A DNA stretch of 46,805 nt. Origin: an uncultured Porphyromonadaceae bacterium (GTDB lineage Bacteria; Bacteroidota; Bacteroidia; Bacteroidales; UBA12481). Numbering within the stretch: the first letter of the stretch is position 1; each line of letters begins with the position of its first letter. The position numbers were made by a program, and so were the translations under genes. Where the stretch lies: contig CAYUGX010000001.1 of the NCBI GenBank assembly GCA_964444375.1, forward strand, positions 5,686-52,490, read 5' to 3'. Positions 1 to 7,333 of the stretch are shown here, piece after piece. Under the pieces are notes generated by a model. The model was not told the origin of the DNA. It was given only the letters and a program-made list of their open reading frames with translations, and made no database searches.

Positions 1-498
1 ATCCCCCACTGTGGTACATCAGGCAGCAACAATGGTTGGGGTGCCGATTTGCTGGCTGCATCCGATTTATGGCAAAACCACCTGTTGTCATGCCTGGGCA
101 AAGTTGGTTGTGCCCCGTTTGTTGGCGGAACTTTCGAATCACTGGCATTTTCGCCCAGTATGGTAGTCTTATCAAATCAGGTGATTAAAGACAGTCGAAA
201 AATAATTGGGGGTTTCACCCTCAATGACCAAAGCGTCAATTTAGTAGACATTGCAACCGTCGGACCAGGTGGGAACTTTTTTACCTCAATACAAACCCTA
301 GAAACCATCACCATTAAACCCGAAAACCAACTTTGGCCTTCACTTAGCCTTGATCATTGGGTCAATCAAGACAAGCCCACTGCCCACAAGTACCTTCTTG
401 AAGAAACACAGTCGCGCTATGACATAGCGAGCCAGGCTAGCAAAAAAAACAAAGATATCATTGAGCAAGGGGAATATATAATCTCAAAACTCTCTTAA
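1..498 (+). CDS. MttB-superfamily (trimethylamine/quaternary-amine methyltransferase) protein, C-terminal fragment; the 5' end lies outside the window
   Basis: Frame 1 is open from base 1 (IPHCGTSGSNNGWGAD precedes the TTG listed at 49) to the stop at 496-498. The motif VGPGGNFFTS resembles the GPGGHFL motif near the C-terminus of MttB-family proteins. Family call is from memory of that motif only. Confidence 0.55.
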   Translation: MPHCGTSGSNNGWGADLLAASDLWQNHLLSCLGKVGCAPFVGGTFESLAFSPSMVVLSNQVIKDSRKIIGGFTLNDQSVNLVDIATVGPGGNFFTSIQTLETITIKPENQLWPSLSLDHWVNQDKPTAHKYLLEETQSRYDIASQASKKNKDIIEQGEYIISKLS

Positions 499-516
499 TT
501 TTCTCAAGACCATTAT

Positions 517-1845
517 ATGAGTAGCCAACATCCCAAATCATCGCCAAAAAGAAAAATAGGATTTTGGCTCAGTACTTCCTTGGTCATCGGAAACATGACC
601 GGTTCAGGCATCTTTCTTCTACCGGCTGCTTTAGCGGTTTACGGCGGAATCAGCCTGTTTGGCTGGTTGTTTACGACCCTTGGTGCTTTCTTACTGGCTA
701 TTGTGTTTTCTAGACTCAGTCGCAAGATCACCAAAGCAGGAGGGCCATATGCGTTTGCCCAGGTGGCTTTTGGTGATTTTGCTGGTTTCATTGTAACCTG
801 GGGCTATTGGGTATCGATTTGGTGCGGCAATGCCGCCATTGCGGTGGCCGGCGTAGGTTACCTGTCGTACTTCTTTCCAGTGCTTAAATCAGAACCTGTT
901 TTATCTGCTTTGCTCTCCATTGCTTTTGTATGGCTATTCACCCTGGTAAATACCTATCCCATCCGAAAGGTTGGTATGGTACAATTGATTACCACCATCT
1001 TCAAACTGATTCCCCTGTTGTTACTGGGGACACTAGGTTTTCTCTACTTCACCCCCGAGCACTTTAGTCCGCTGAATATCAGCGGATCAGGAAATTTCAA
1101 AGCAATTACAGCAACTGCAGCTTTAACCCTGTGGGCCTTTATGGGTCTCGAATCGGCCACCGTACCATCAGACAAGGTGATTAATCCAACGAAAACCATA
1201 CCCCGGGCCACACTGACAGGAATAGCTGTAGCAGCACTAATCTTTATTGCCAGCACCATGGGTGTCATGGGTATTATTGATCCTCATTCACTACAGAATT
1301 CATCAGCACCTTTTGCCGATGCAGCGAATCAGGCATGGGGGCAATGGGGTGGTTATCTTGTCGCAGCCGGTGCTGCCATCGCCTGTTTTGGTGCCCTGAA
1401 TGGATGGATCCTGATCCAGGGACAATTACCACTGGCTGCAGCCAGAGACAAGCTGTTTCCAGCCACTTTCCGCAAAGTCTCAAAGAAGGGAATTCCTGTG
1501 GTGGGCCTGGTTATCTCCAGCATCCTGTCTACCCTGTTGGTGGGCATGAATTACACCCGAGGGCTTGTGGATATGTTTGCCTTCATGATCATGCTGGCTA
1601 CGCTGACCTGCTTGTTGCCCTATCTGCTGGCTACACTGGCTGAGCTGGCACTGTACCTGAAGAAGAAACAGACCTATTCTCGGTCTCAATTGTGGAAGGT
1701 ACTCCTGATTTCAATACCGGCACTTGCCTTTTCAACATGGGCAGTCGTAGGACTAGGGTGGACAGTCAACGCCTGGGGATTTATACTATTGCTACTCGGT
1801 GTGCCGCTATTCCTGAACCTAAAATCGAAGCGAAAGGCAACTTAA
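517..1845 (+). CDS. APC-superfamily amino acid permease (basic amino acid/polyamine antiporter-like, AdiC/ArcD-like)
   Basis: 442 aa with about 12 hydrophobic segments. The N-terminal motif GNMTGSGIFLLPAALA resembles GNIMGSGVFLLPANLA of AdiC-type antiporters. It starts 19 nt after the preceding stop. Confidence 0.85.
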   Translation: MSSQHPKSSPKRKIGFWLSTSLVIGNMTGSGIFLLPAALAVYGGISLFGWLFTTLGAFLLAIVFSRLSRKITKAGGPYAFAQVAFGDFAGFIVTWGYWVSIWCGNAAIAVAGVGYLSYFFPVLKSEPVLSALLSIAFVWLFTLVNTYPIRKVGMVQLITTIFKLIPLLLLGTLGFLYFTPEHFSPLNISGSGNFKAITATAALTLWAFMGLESATVPSDKVINPTKTIPRATLTGIAVAALIFIASTMGVMGIIDPHSLQNSSAPFADAANQAWGQWGGYLVAAGAAIACFGALNGWILIQGQLPLAAARDKLFPATFRKVSKKGIPVVGLVISSILSTLLVGMNYTRGLVDMFAFMIMLATLTCLLPYLLATLAELALYLKKKQTYSRSQLWKVLLISIPALAFSTWAVVGLGWTVNAWGFILLLLGVPLFLNLKSKRKAT

Positions 1846-2580
1846 ACCACCATCCAGCTTTCGAAATTCTGATACATCTACTTCAATCGTTTGGCAACCT
1901 GCATCTTGAACCATCACAATGGTCTCTGGAAAACCATGCGGAATGATCACATGACCATTCACCCAGATGCAATTGGCCGCGTAGGCCTCTTCGTGGGGTA
2001 CTATTAGTTTTCGAAAAGCCGCAAAGGATGGATGGGTGGTTAACTCACCGGTAACGACAACCGTATCGTTTTCAATATACGATATACCGGTTTTCAGATG
2101 CAGCAAATCGTTCAATTCAATCATTGAGCCATTCATCCCTCGCTTATTGAGCTCCATGATGATCTGCTCTGCTCCGGCTTGATTCGTCCGTTCCGACAAG
2201 CCAATATAGAAATGCTTTCCCACCATCATGATATCTCCTGCCTCTATCGTTCCCGGATCGACAATCTCTACAATATCATCGTAATACATTTCTATAACCG
2301 GCCTGATTCCCTCAACTTCTCCCTGCCTCGAAAGTGCACCAGGACGTGTAATGAAGGCACAGACAGGAGTCAGCAGTGCCACATCTTCGACAAAACACGA
2401 ATCAGGATGCTGCTCATCCGCCTCCAGTTCCACAACTTCAAGTTGGCAGAATTTCAGCGCTTCCACATAGTTCTGGTGTTGTTTCAGGGCAAGTGAATAG
2501 TCAGGAGGACCAAGATTCGCTGTGGTCAACCCTTGGATCAGGCTTTTACCGGGTTTTCTTACGATGGCATGGCTAAACAT
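1819..2580 (-). CDS. N(G),N(G)-dimethylarginine dimethylaminohydrolase (DDAH; amidinotransferase fold)
   Basis: It is collinear with my recollection of Pseudomonas aeruginosa DDAH: MFSHAIVRKPGKSLIQGLT..., EAGDIMMVGKHFYIG, AYAANCIWVN, and the C-terminal DGGLSCLSLRF carrying the catalytic Cys. The longest ORF starts at 2595 (MNPTSMF...). The ATG at 2580 matches the homolog N-terminus. Its 3' end overlaps the permease by 27 nt (convergent). Confidence 0.9.
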   Translation of the reverse strand: MFSHAIVRKPGKSLIQGLTTANLGPPDYSLALKQHQNYVEALKFCQLEVVELEADEQHPDSCFVEDVALLTPVCAFITRPGALSRQGEVEGIRPVIEMYYDDIVEIVDPGTIEAGDIMMVGKHFYIGLSERTNQAGAEQIIMELNKRGMNGSMIELNDLLHLKTGISYIENDTVVVTGELTTHPSFAAFRKLIVPHEEAYAANCIWVNGHVIIPHGFPETIVMVQDAGCQTIEVDVSEFRKLDGGLSCLSLRF

Positions 2581-2621
2581 AGATGTCGGATTCAATCAAG
2601 GTTAAAAATAAAAGAAAAATG

Positions 2622-2652
2622 TTGCACAATGTGTTATATATTTCTAACTTTG
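2622..2652 (+). promoter_or_regulatory. Bacteroidota-type promoter (-33 TTG, -7 TAACTTTG) for the membrane-protein/XRE pair
   Basis: TAACTTTG at 2645-2652 matches TAnnTTTG. TTG at 2622-2624 lies 20 nt upstream. The ATG at 2680 is 27 nt downstream of the -7 box. Confidence 0.45.
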
Positions 2653-2679
2653 TGTTAGAATTAACTAACATATAATTAG

Positions 2680-3084
2680 ATGAAAATTAAAACAACCCTA
2701 TTTTTTGCCTTCCTCATGGTTCTTGCTATTGCCGCTCTAATCGTTTGGTTAACTGAATACAAAACAGATGTCGATACCAAAATCATTGTAATCATCGTAA
2801 TCGGAATAATTTCCCTGGTGATATCATTCTTGAGATGGCGAAAAAGAAAATCAGCCCAAAATAAGCAGCGGGTACATGATGACGAATTCGTGAAATGGGC
2901 CCGCCTTTATGGAGGCAATCAGGCCTTTTATTATTCCATGGCTCTTTGGCTCATCCTGTTTGCTTTTAATAGTCAAATTTCTGATCCGAAAACACTTCTA
3001 GGAATTGGTATTCTAGGATCAGCCGCTATGTATGGTATCTGTCAATGGTATTTTACTACAACAGCAGACTTTGATGAAAAATAG
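2680..3084 (+). CDS. small integral membrane protein (4 predicted TM segments), partner of the downstream XRE regulator
   Basis: 134 aa with hydrophobic stretches [49 protein letters not shown] and [15 protein letters not shown]. Its end overlaps the regulator start by 11 nt. Confidence 0.6.
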   Translation: MKIKTTLFFAFLMVLAIAALIVWLTEYKTDVDTKIIVIIVIGIISLVISFLRWRKRKSAQNKQRVHDDEFVKWARLYGGNQAFYYSMALWLILFAFNSQISDPKTLLGIGILGSAAMYGICQWYFTTTADFDEK

Positions 3085-3262
3085 AATCAAAGAGCTCAGG
3101 GCAAAGCACCAATTAACACAGCAAGATTTGGCTGATCGTGTTGGTGTCAGAAGGGAAACAATCGTCTTTCTTGAAAAATCGAAGTACAACCCCTCTTTGC
3201 AACTGGCCTATGACATTGCCCAGGTGTTTGGACTGTCGATTGAAGAGGTGTTTGTTCTTTGA
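3074..3262 (+). CDS. XRE-family helix-turn-helix transcriptional regulator (62 aa)
   Basis: [60 protein letters not shown] is a canonical HTH_3 layout. I take the internal ATG at 3074 rather than the track start at 3032, which lies inside the upstream gene. Confidence 0.85.
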   Translation: MKNRIKELRAKHQLTQQDLADRVGVRRETIVFLEKSKYNPSLQLAYDIAQVFGLSIEEVFVL

Positions 3263-3301
3263 ATTAATTACATAATAAATTATGTAATTAATTATGTAAT
3301 T
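3262..3301. repeat. perfect 15-bp inverted repeat with a 2-nt spacer, plus a tandem extra copy of the right half-site
   Basis: aattaattacataat (3262-3276), aa, then attatgtaattaatt (3279-3293) are exact reverse complements. attatgtaatt recurs at 3291-3301. The repeat starts on the last base of the XRE stop codon and lies about 50-80 nt upstream of the -7 box of the next gene. Confidence 0.8.
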
Positions 3302-3319
3302 CATGCGATAAGATGTCGT

Positions 3320-3350
3320 TTTGCTACCCACGATATTATCCATAACTTTG
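3320..3350 (+). promoter_or_regulatory. Bacteroidota-type promoter (-33 TTTG, -7 TAACTTTG) for the 3376 gene
   Basis: TAACTTTG is at 3343-3350. TTTG at 3320-3323 leaves a 19-nt spacer. The ATG at 3376 is 25 nt downstream. Confidence 0.55.
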
Positions 3351-3375
3351 ATTATCATCAGCAAAAACCTTCATC

Positions 3376-4029
3376 ATGAAAACAACAGTAATTATAGTGA
3401 TAAGTCTGCTTTTGGGCGCTTTGGCATCTGCCCAGAACTATGCACAAAATGAACTCATATGTCCCTGTATGTTAGAATATGAATTTCCTAAAAGTATCCA
3501 AGACGGGAAGAACATTTTGCAAGCTTTCGGAGGCGTGCCGGTACTGCGCCTATCAAATGCCAAAATTGAGGGCAATAAATTGATCTGCCAATACGATACT
3601 GAGTTTGCCAAATATGTATTTGATGGTTTTGGTTTTGTCAAAGGTGGTGGTTCGATGGACGATATGACTGACATACCCTATGAATTAAACCTTACTTTAA
3701 AGGACGTGCATCTTCACAATTGGATAGTCTCGAGATCGACTGTCAAACTTCCGGCTTATCACCGTGGTTGTGTGGTGTATACACTTGACGCCTGTATGGA
3801 TGAACTTCACAATGCCTACAAAGGAGGCTTCTACAAATCTAAATACAAAGGAAAACGAATCGTGCTGTACCAAGCCTATACTGGTGAGGCCAGAATCAAT
3901 CAAAGCGGAACGGGGTTCATCTTGGCAAAAACCAAAACCGGCTTATATACACCAGCTAAAAACACGCAATCAATAAGCAATCCAACCGGTAAAAAGACTG
4001 GTCGCAAAGCAATCAAAAGGAAGAAATAG
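3376..4029 (+). CDS. secreted hypothetical protein with a Lys/Arg-rich C-terminal tail
   Basis: It has a signal peptide (MKTTVIIVISLLLGALASAQ), several Cys residues, and the tail NPTGKKTGRKAIKRKK. I recognise no family. Confidence 0.6.
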   Translation: MKTTVIIVISLLLGALASAQNYAQNELICPCMLEYEFPKSIQDGKNILQAFGGVPVLRLSNAKIEGNKLICQYDTEFAKYVFDGFGFVKGGGSMDDMTDIPYELNLTLKDVHLHNWIVSRSTVKLPAYHRGCVVYTLDACMDELHNAYKGGFYKSKYKGKRIVLYQAYTGEARINQSGTGFILAKTKTGLYTPAKNTQSISNPTGKKTGRKAIKRKK

Positions 4030-4122
4030 CCGTCGCTTCTGTGATAATCTCCTCAAAATGGCACTTTCTTCGAAAGCGACATCATTTTTCGAGAAGACAA
4101 TCACCTTCAATCACTTTTTCGT

Positions 4123-4188
4123 CTTCCCGATAAATCGGGATCTTCGCTTCGCTCTGACTCGCCTATCGCCTTTTGTCTTTCGTCTCTC
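4123..4188. repeat. direct repeat copy 1 (66 bp including a 7-bp insertion), containing the 14-nt palindrome cccgataaatcggg
   Basis: cttcccgataaatcgggatcttcgcttcgctctgactcgcc[tatcgcc]ttttgtctttcgtctctc. By my count 55 of 59 aligned positions are identical to 6086-6144. It abuts and overlaps the sulfatase stop codon (4187-4189). Confidence 0.85.
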
Positions 4189-6019
4189 ATCTTTCCGCAA
4201 AGTGTTCCACCATCCGGTTGACATACTCCGAATCGATTCGCCCTCCCACTGCTTTAATGTCTGGCAGCAGTTTTAGTTTATCGGTTTCGTCAAAATATTC
4301 TAGCATGTTGAAGGCCAACAGAACGACTTTTGGGTTGGTGTTTCTCAATCCTTCTTGGATGGCTTTCACCCCAAGGGATTGATTTCCGAATCTGTATAGT
4401 GCTTCTCCTGCAGCCAGTCGAACTTCGGGATCATCATCGCTTAAGCAGGTAGTGAGGGGCTCCATCAATGGGTTTTTTCCTCCCGGATACAGCTGACATG
4501 ATGTGGCAGCCCAGTATCTGATTAGAGCATGGGGATGAGTGAGTGCGTTGACGAGGGCATTCAAGTGTGTTTCATCTTCATCCAGGCGGCTATCCATGAG
4601 GGACAGAAAATCCGGAAGGGGATAATCATCCTGGTGGCTATAGGTATATACCGGTTGTTCTGCATTGATGTCGACCAGTTTTCCCTCGGGAATGAAACCG
4701 GCGTCATGCAGTTCAAGTATTCGATTATTCAGTTTGGCATGCATCGATTCAGCCCGGTCGAGGTAGTTTGGGTCACCGATGAGGTTCATAACCTCCCAGG
4801 GGTCTTTCTCCATATCATAAAGTTCAACCAGAGGCTTTTCGGTCCAAAAAGCACTTTGCACCGCATCCAATTCACCATTCAACCAGGCTTCTTCCCAGGT
4901 TTGCATACCGGTAGCCCGCCACAGATAACCAATGTGCTGCCCATAGGGTCGGTGTGGATAATAATTTACCTGATAGCGATAGCGCCCATCGGTTATCGCC
5001 CGCATGCAATCAATTCGCTCATCCATCCGGTTCCGAAACAGGTAAATCTCTTCCTGAGGCGCTTCAGCATACTCCCCCATAAACGCGCGCCCTTCCATGT
5101 ACTTAGGGGGCTCAATTCCAGCAATACTCAAAACGGTTGGTGCCAAATCAACAAAAGAAACCAAACGACCAGAGACCTGTTCTTTCCCGAATCCACCATT
5201 CCACCAATCCACCATTGCCTCAGGAACTTTGATGATGAGCGGTACCTGAGTCCCGCTGCGATGTATAAACCGCTTCGACCTCGGATAAACACCCCCATGA
5301 TCGCTGTAGTAAAAGACGATGGTACTGTCGTTCAAACCAAGATCATCCAGCTCGGCTAATACCTTTCCCACTTTACTGTCCATGTCAGTTATATTATCAT
5401 AGAGTTTGGCCATATCCTCCCGGATGCTTGGGTGATCAGGTACATAGGATGGCAACACCATTTTACCCGGATCATGGATCAACTCATCAGGATTATACTT
5501 GTGGACCTTGCTCTCATGGGTATCTGTGAAATTGAATATTGCAAAGAAAGGTTGACCAGGCTTCCTGTTTTTATAATGAGCCAGGCGAGAAGATTCATCC
5601 CATACTTGCCAGTCACCGTCAAAATTATAATCGGTTTTAGAGTTATTTGTGCAATAATATCCGGTTTCACGAAGAAAAACCGGATACGCTTTCCACTCTT
5701 CCGGAACCCGATATCGGCTTCTCATATTCATGGTTCCGGCCGATGAAGCATGCACACCATGCAAAATTGTAAAGCGGGCTGGTGCGCAAACAGGTGCATT
5801 CGCAAAAAACGAGGTAAAGCGTACCCCTTCTTTCGCGAGCTTGTCCAAATGCGGAGTGGTTGCCAGCGAATCCCCATAACAACCAATAAATGGAGAAATA
5901 TCTTCACAGGTAATCCAGAGAATGTTGGGGGGAAAGGATGTTTGTTTGGAATCCCCGCATGAGGCAAGCAATAATATAGAAATGAGACATAGGGTTGTTT
6001 TAATGGTCATAGTTTCCAA
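4187..6019 (-). CDS. sulfatase (formylglycine-dependent arylsulfatase family) lipoprotein with a C-terminal HEAT-like repeat tail
   Basis: It has a lipoprotein signal (ILLLASCGDS), the sulfatase signature CAPARFTILHG (C-x-P-x-R), and YYSDHGG. The last ~126 aa (PEVRLAAGEALYRFG, NPKVVLLAFNMLEYF) look like HEAT/PBS-lyase repeats. Confidence 0.9.
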   Translation of the reverse strand: METMTIKTTLCLISILLLASCGDSKQTSFPPNILWITCEDISPFIGCYGDSLATTPHLDKLAKEGVRFTSFFANAPVCAPARFTILHGVHASSAGTMNMRSRYRVPEEWKAYPVFLRETGYYCTNNSKTDYNFDGDWQVWDESSRLAHYKNRKPGQPFFAIFNFTDTHESKVHKYNPDELIHDPGKMVLPSYVPDHPSIREDMAKLYDNITDMDSKVGKVLAELDDLGLNDSTIVFYYSDHGGVYPRSKRFIHRSGTQVPLIIKVPEAMVDWWNGGFGKEQVSGRLVSFVDLAPTVLSIAGIEPPKYMEGRAFMGEYAEAPQEEIYLFRNRMDERIDCMRAITDGRYRYQVNYYPHRPYGQHIGYLWRATGMQTWEEAWLNGELDAVQSAFWTEKPLVELYDMEKDPWEVMNLIGDPNYLDRAESMHAKLNNRILELHDAGFIPEGKLVDINAEQPVYTYSHQDDYPLPDFLSLMDSRLDEDETHLNALVNALTHPHALIRYWAATSCQLYPGGKNPLMEPLTTCLSDDDPEVRLAAGEALYRFGNQSLGVKAIQEGLRNTNPKVVLLAFNMLEYFDETDKLKLLPDIKAVGGRIDSEYVNRMVEHFAER

Positions 6020-6065
6020 GTTGTCGGGCTGCTATGCTAGCGGCCTGGTTATCCGGTTATCCAGT

Positions 6066-6073
6066 TAAAGATA
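6066..6073 (-). promoter_or_regulatory. candidate -7 box (TATCTTTA on the minus strand) for the sulfatase
   Basis: Plus-strand TAAAGATA is the reverse complement of TATCTTTA, which is TAnnTTTG with a final A. It lies 47 nt upstream of the start at 6019. The same gttaaagataaa string occurs upstream of the 29221 gene. Confidence 0.3.
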
Positions 6074-6085
6074 AAAGAAATTCGA

Positions 6086-6144
6086 CTTCCCGATAAATCG
6101 GGATCTCCGCTTCGCTCCGACTCGCCTTTTGTTTCTCGTCTCTC
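6086..6144. repeat. direct repeat copy 2 (59 bp)
   Basis: cttcccgataaatcgggatctccgcttcgctccgactcgccttttgtttctcgtctctc has the same orientation as 4123-4188. It lies upstream of the sulfatase start and its candidate -7 box. Confidence 0.85.
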
Positions 6145-6216
6145 GTCTTTTGCCTCTCGCCTCTCCATTAACACGTCATTAACCAAGTATTAACTCAAGC
6201 TCACACAGTTAGACTG

Positions 6217-6224
6217 TATTTTTG
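6217..6224 (+). promoter_or_regulatory. candidate -7 box TATTTTTG for the 6251 gene
   Basis: It is a perfect TAnnTTTG, 26 nt upstream of the ATG at 6251. I found no clear -33 TTG. Confidence 0.4.
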
Positions 6225-6250
6225 ACCCAGTAACCAATACTCATAATTAA

Positions 6251-7228
6251 ATGAAGACAAGAATATTTATTCCCTTACTGATGTTGGCCTTTCTGGTTGC
6301 CGTTCCACAAGCTGAAGCACAGAACCGGAAAGAGCGCAAATTAAAGCGGGAAATGCGCAAGCTGGAGAAGCAGATGAAAAAGGTACAAGAGCTCAAAAGT
6401 GAAGAATTTGAGTTCATGAAGCAGTTTGAACTTAAAGAGTTGCACGAAGAACTTGAGCGAGCCCACGAGTTAAGCGAACTGGCAGAAGTCAGGGCTTTGC
6501 GTGAGCACGAACAGGCGATCAGAGAAGTTGAGCGAATTCATTCAAAAGAGCATCGAAAAGTTTTCGAAGAAGCCAGAAAAGCCCAGCAACTGGCCAGGGT
6601 TCATCAACGCGAAGCCATTGAGAAGGCCCGAAAAAGTCAGCGGAAGGCCATGGAACAGGCCAGGAAGCAAATTGAAAAACAGCGGGAGCACTTTGAAAAA
6701 TACCGTGAAGAATACCCCGATGAATTCGAATTTCCAGAATTTGATTTGCCTGAATTTGACTTTGAATTTGATTTTGAATTCCCAGAAATTGACCTGCCTG
6801 AACTTGAGCTGCACGAATTTTCCTTTCCGGAAATCGCAATTCCAGAGTACCATTTTGAATTTCCCGATGTATATAGTAAACTCGGAGATGTATATGAAGA
6901 TGCCAGAAATGAAAATACCCTGTTGATCAATAAAAAACTCGACAGTGAAAACATGGCCAAAGACTACACCTATACCGTTGCTGATGATGCCAATCAATTT
7001 GAGGTTAGTGTTAATGGATCTCTCGAAAAAGGAGAAGTCAAGGTAAGCATCGTCGGGCCTGATGGCACCGAATTTCAAGACATTGAATTGAGTCCGGCAG
7101 CCGACGTAAAGTGGAGCCACCGAGTGAAAATCGATGGAGAAGAAGCTGGTTTCACTGGAAAATGGACAATTAGCATGACGGCTGAAAATGCACTAGGACA
7201 TTGCAACGTACGCATGCGATCAAAATAA
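6251..7228 (+). CDS. secreted protein: charged coiled-coil region, acidic/aromatic FE-DF-P repeat, and a C-terminal beta-rich domain
   Basis: It has a signal peptide (LMLAFLVAVPQAEAQ). About 130 aa are E/K/R/Q-rich heptad-like sequence. Then comes DEFEFPEFDLPEFDFEFDFEFPEIDLPELELHEFSFPEIAIPEYHFEFP, followed by ~110 aa of mixed sequence. A strong terminator follows the gene. Confidence 0.7.
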   Translation: MKTRIFIPLLMLAFLVAVPQAEAQNRKERKLKREMRKLEKQMKKVQELKSEEFEFMKQFELKELHEELERAHELSELAEVRALREHEQAIREVERIHSKEHRKVFEEARKAQQLARVHQREAIEKARKSQRKAMEQARKQIEKQREHFEKYREEYPDEFEFPEFDLPEFDFEFDFEFPEIDLPELELHEFSFPEIAIPEYHFEFPDVYSKLGDVYEDARNENTLLINKKLDSENMAKDYTYTVADDANQFEVSVNGSLEKGEVKVSIVGPDGTEFQDIELSPAADVKWSHRVKIDGEEAGFTGKWTISMTAENALGHCNVRMRSK

Positions 7229-7258
7229 CAATCTCAATTACAAGCGTTTTTCTTCTTT

Positions 7259-7293
7259 AGAGCCGTAGTACATCGGATACTGCGGCTCTTTTA
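7259..7293 (+). terminator. rho-independent terminator
   Basis: agagccgtag (7259-7268) pairs with ctgcggctct (7280-7289), giving 10 bp with one G-U pair. The loop is 11 nt and TTTT follows. It lies 31 nt after the stop of the 6251 gene. Confidence 0.65.
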
Positions 7294-7333
7294 CGTACAA
7301 GCACGCTGTATTTTTTTGTAATATTGTTTTTCA

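Noticed and set aside
1819-1845. Convergent 3' overlaps or abutments: permease/DDAH (27 nt), kinase/glycosidase at 45504-45532 (29 nt), and M14/C10 separated by 2 nt at 21549-21550.
   Set aside because: This is common in compact genomes, and nothing in the overlapping sequence suggests regulation. It is noted only because it leaves no room for terminators.
4529-5359. A 276-aa ORF on the plus strand inside the sulfatase gene. The same situation applies to 30984-31523 inside GH127, 6542-7120 and 6501-6926 opposite or inside the coiled-coil gene, 22360-22812 inside the C10 gene, and the short ORFs within the permease.
   Set aside because: They are antisense or alternate-frame shadows of well-supported genes. 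Their composition is low-complexity or biased (runs of I, F, L, R), and they have no motifs, signal peptides or promoters.
6047-6062. A tandem 8-mer, ggttatcc ggttatcc, in the sulfatase 5' leader.
   Set aside because: There are only two copies and no recognisable motif. Chance duplication cannot be excluded.
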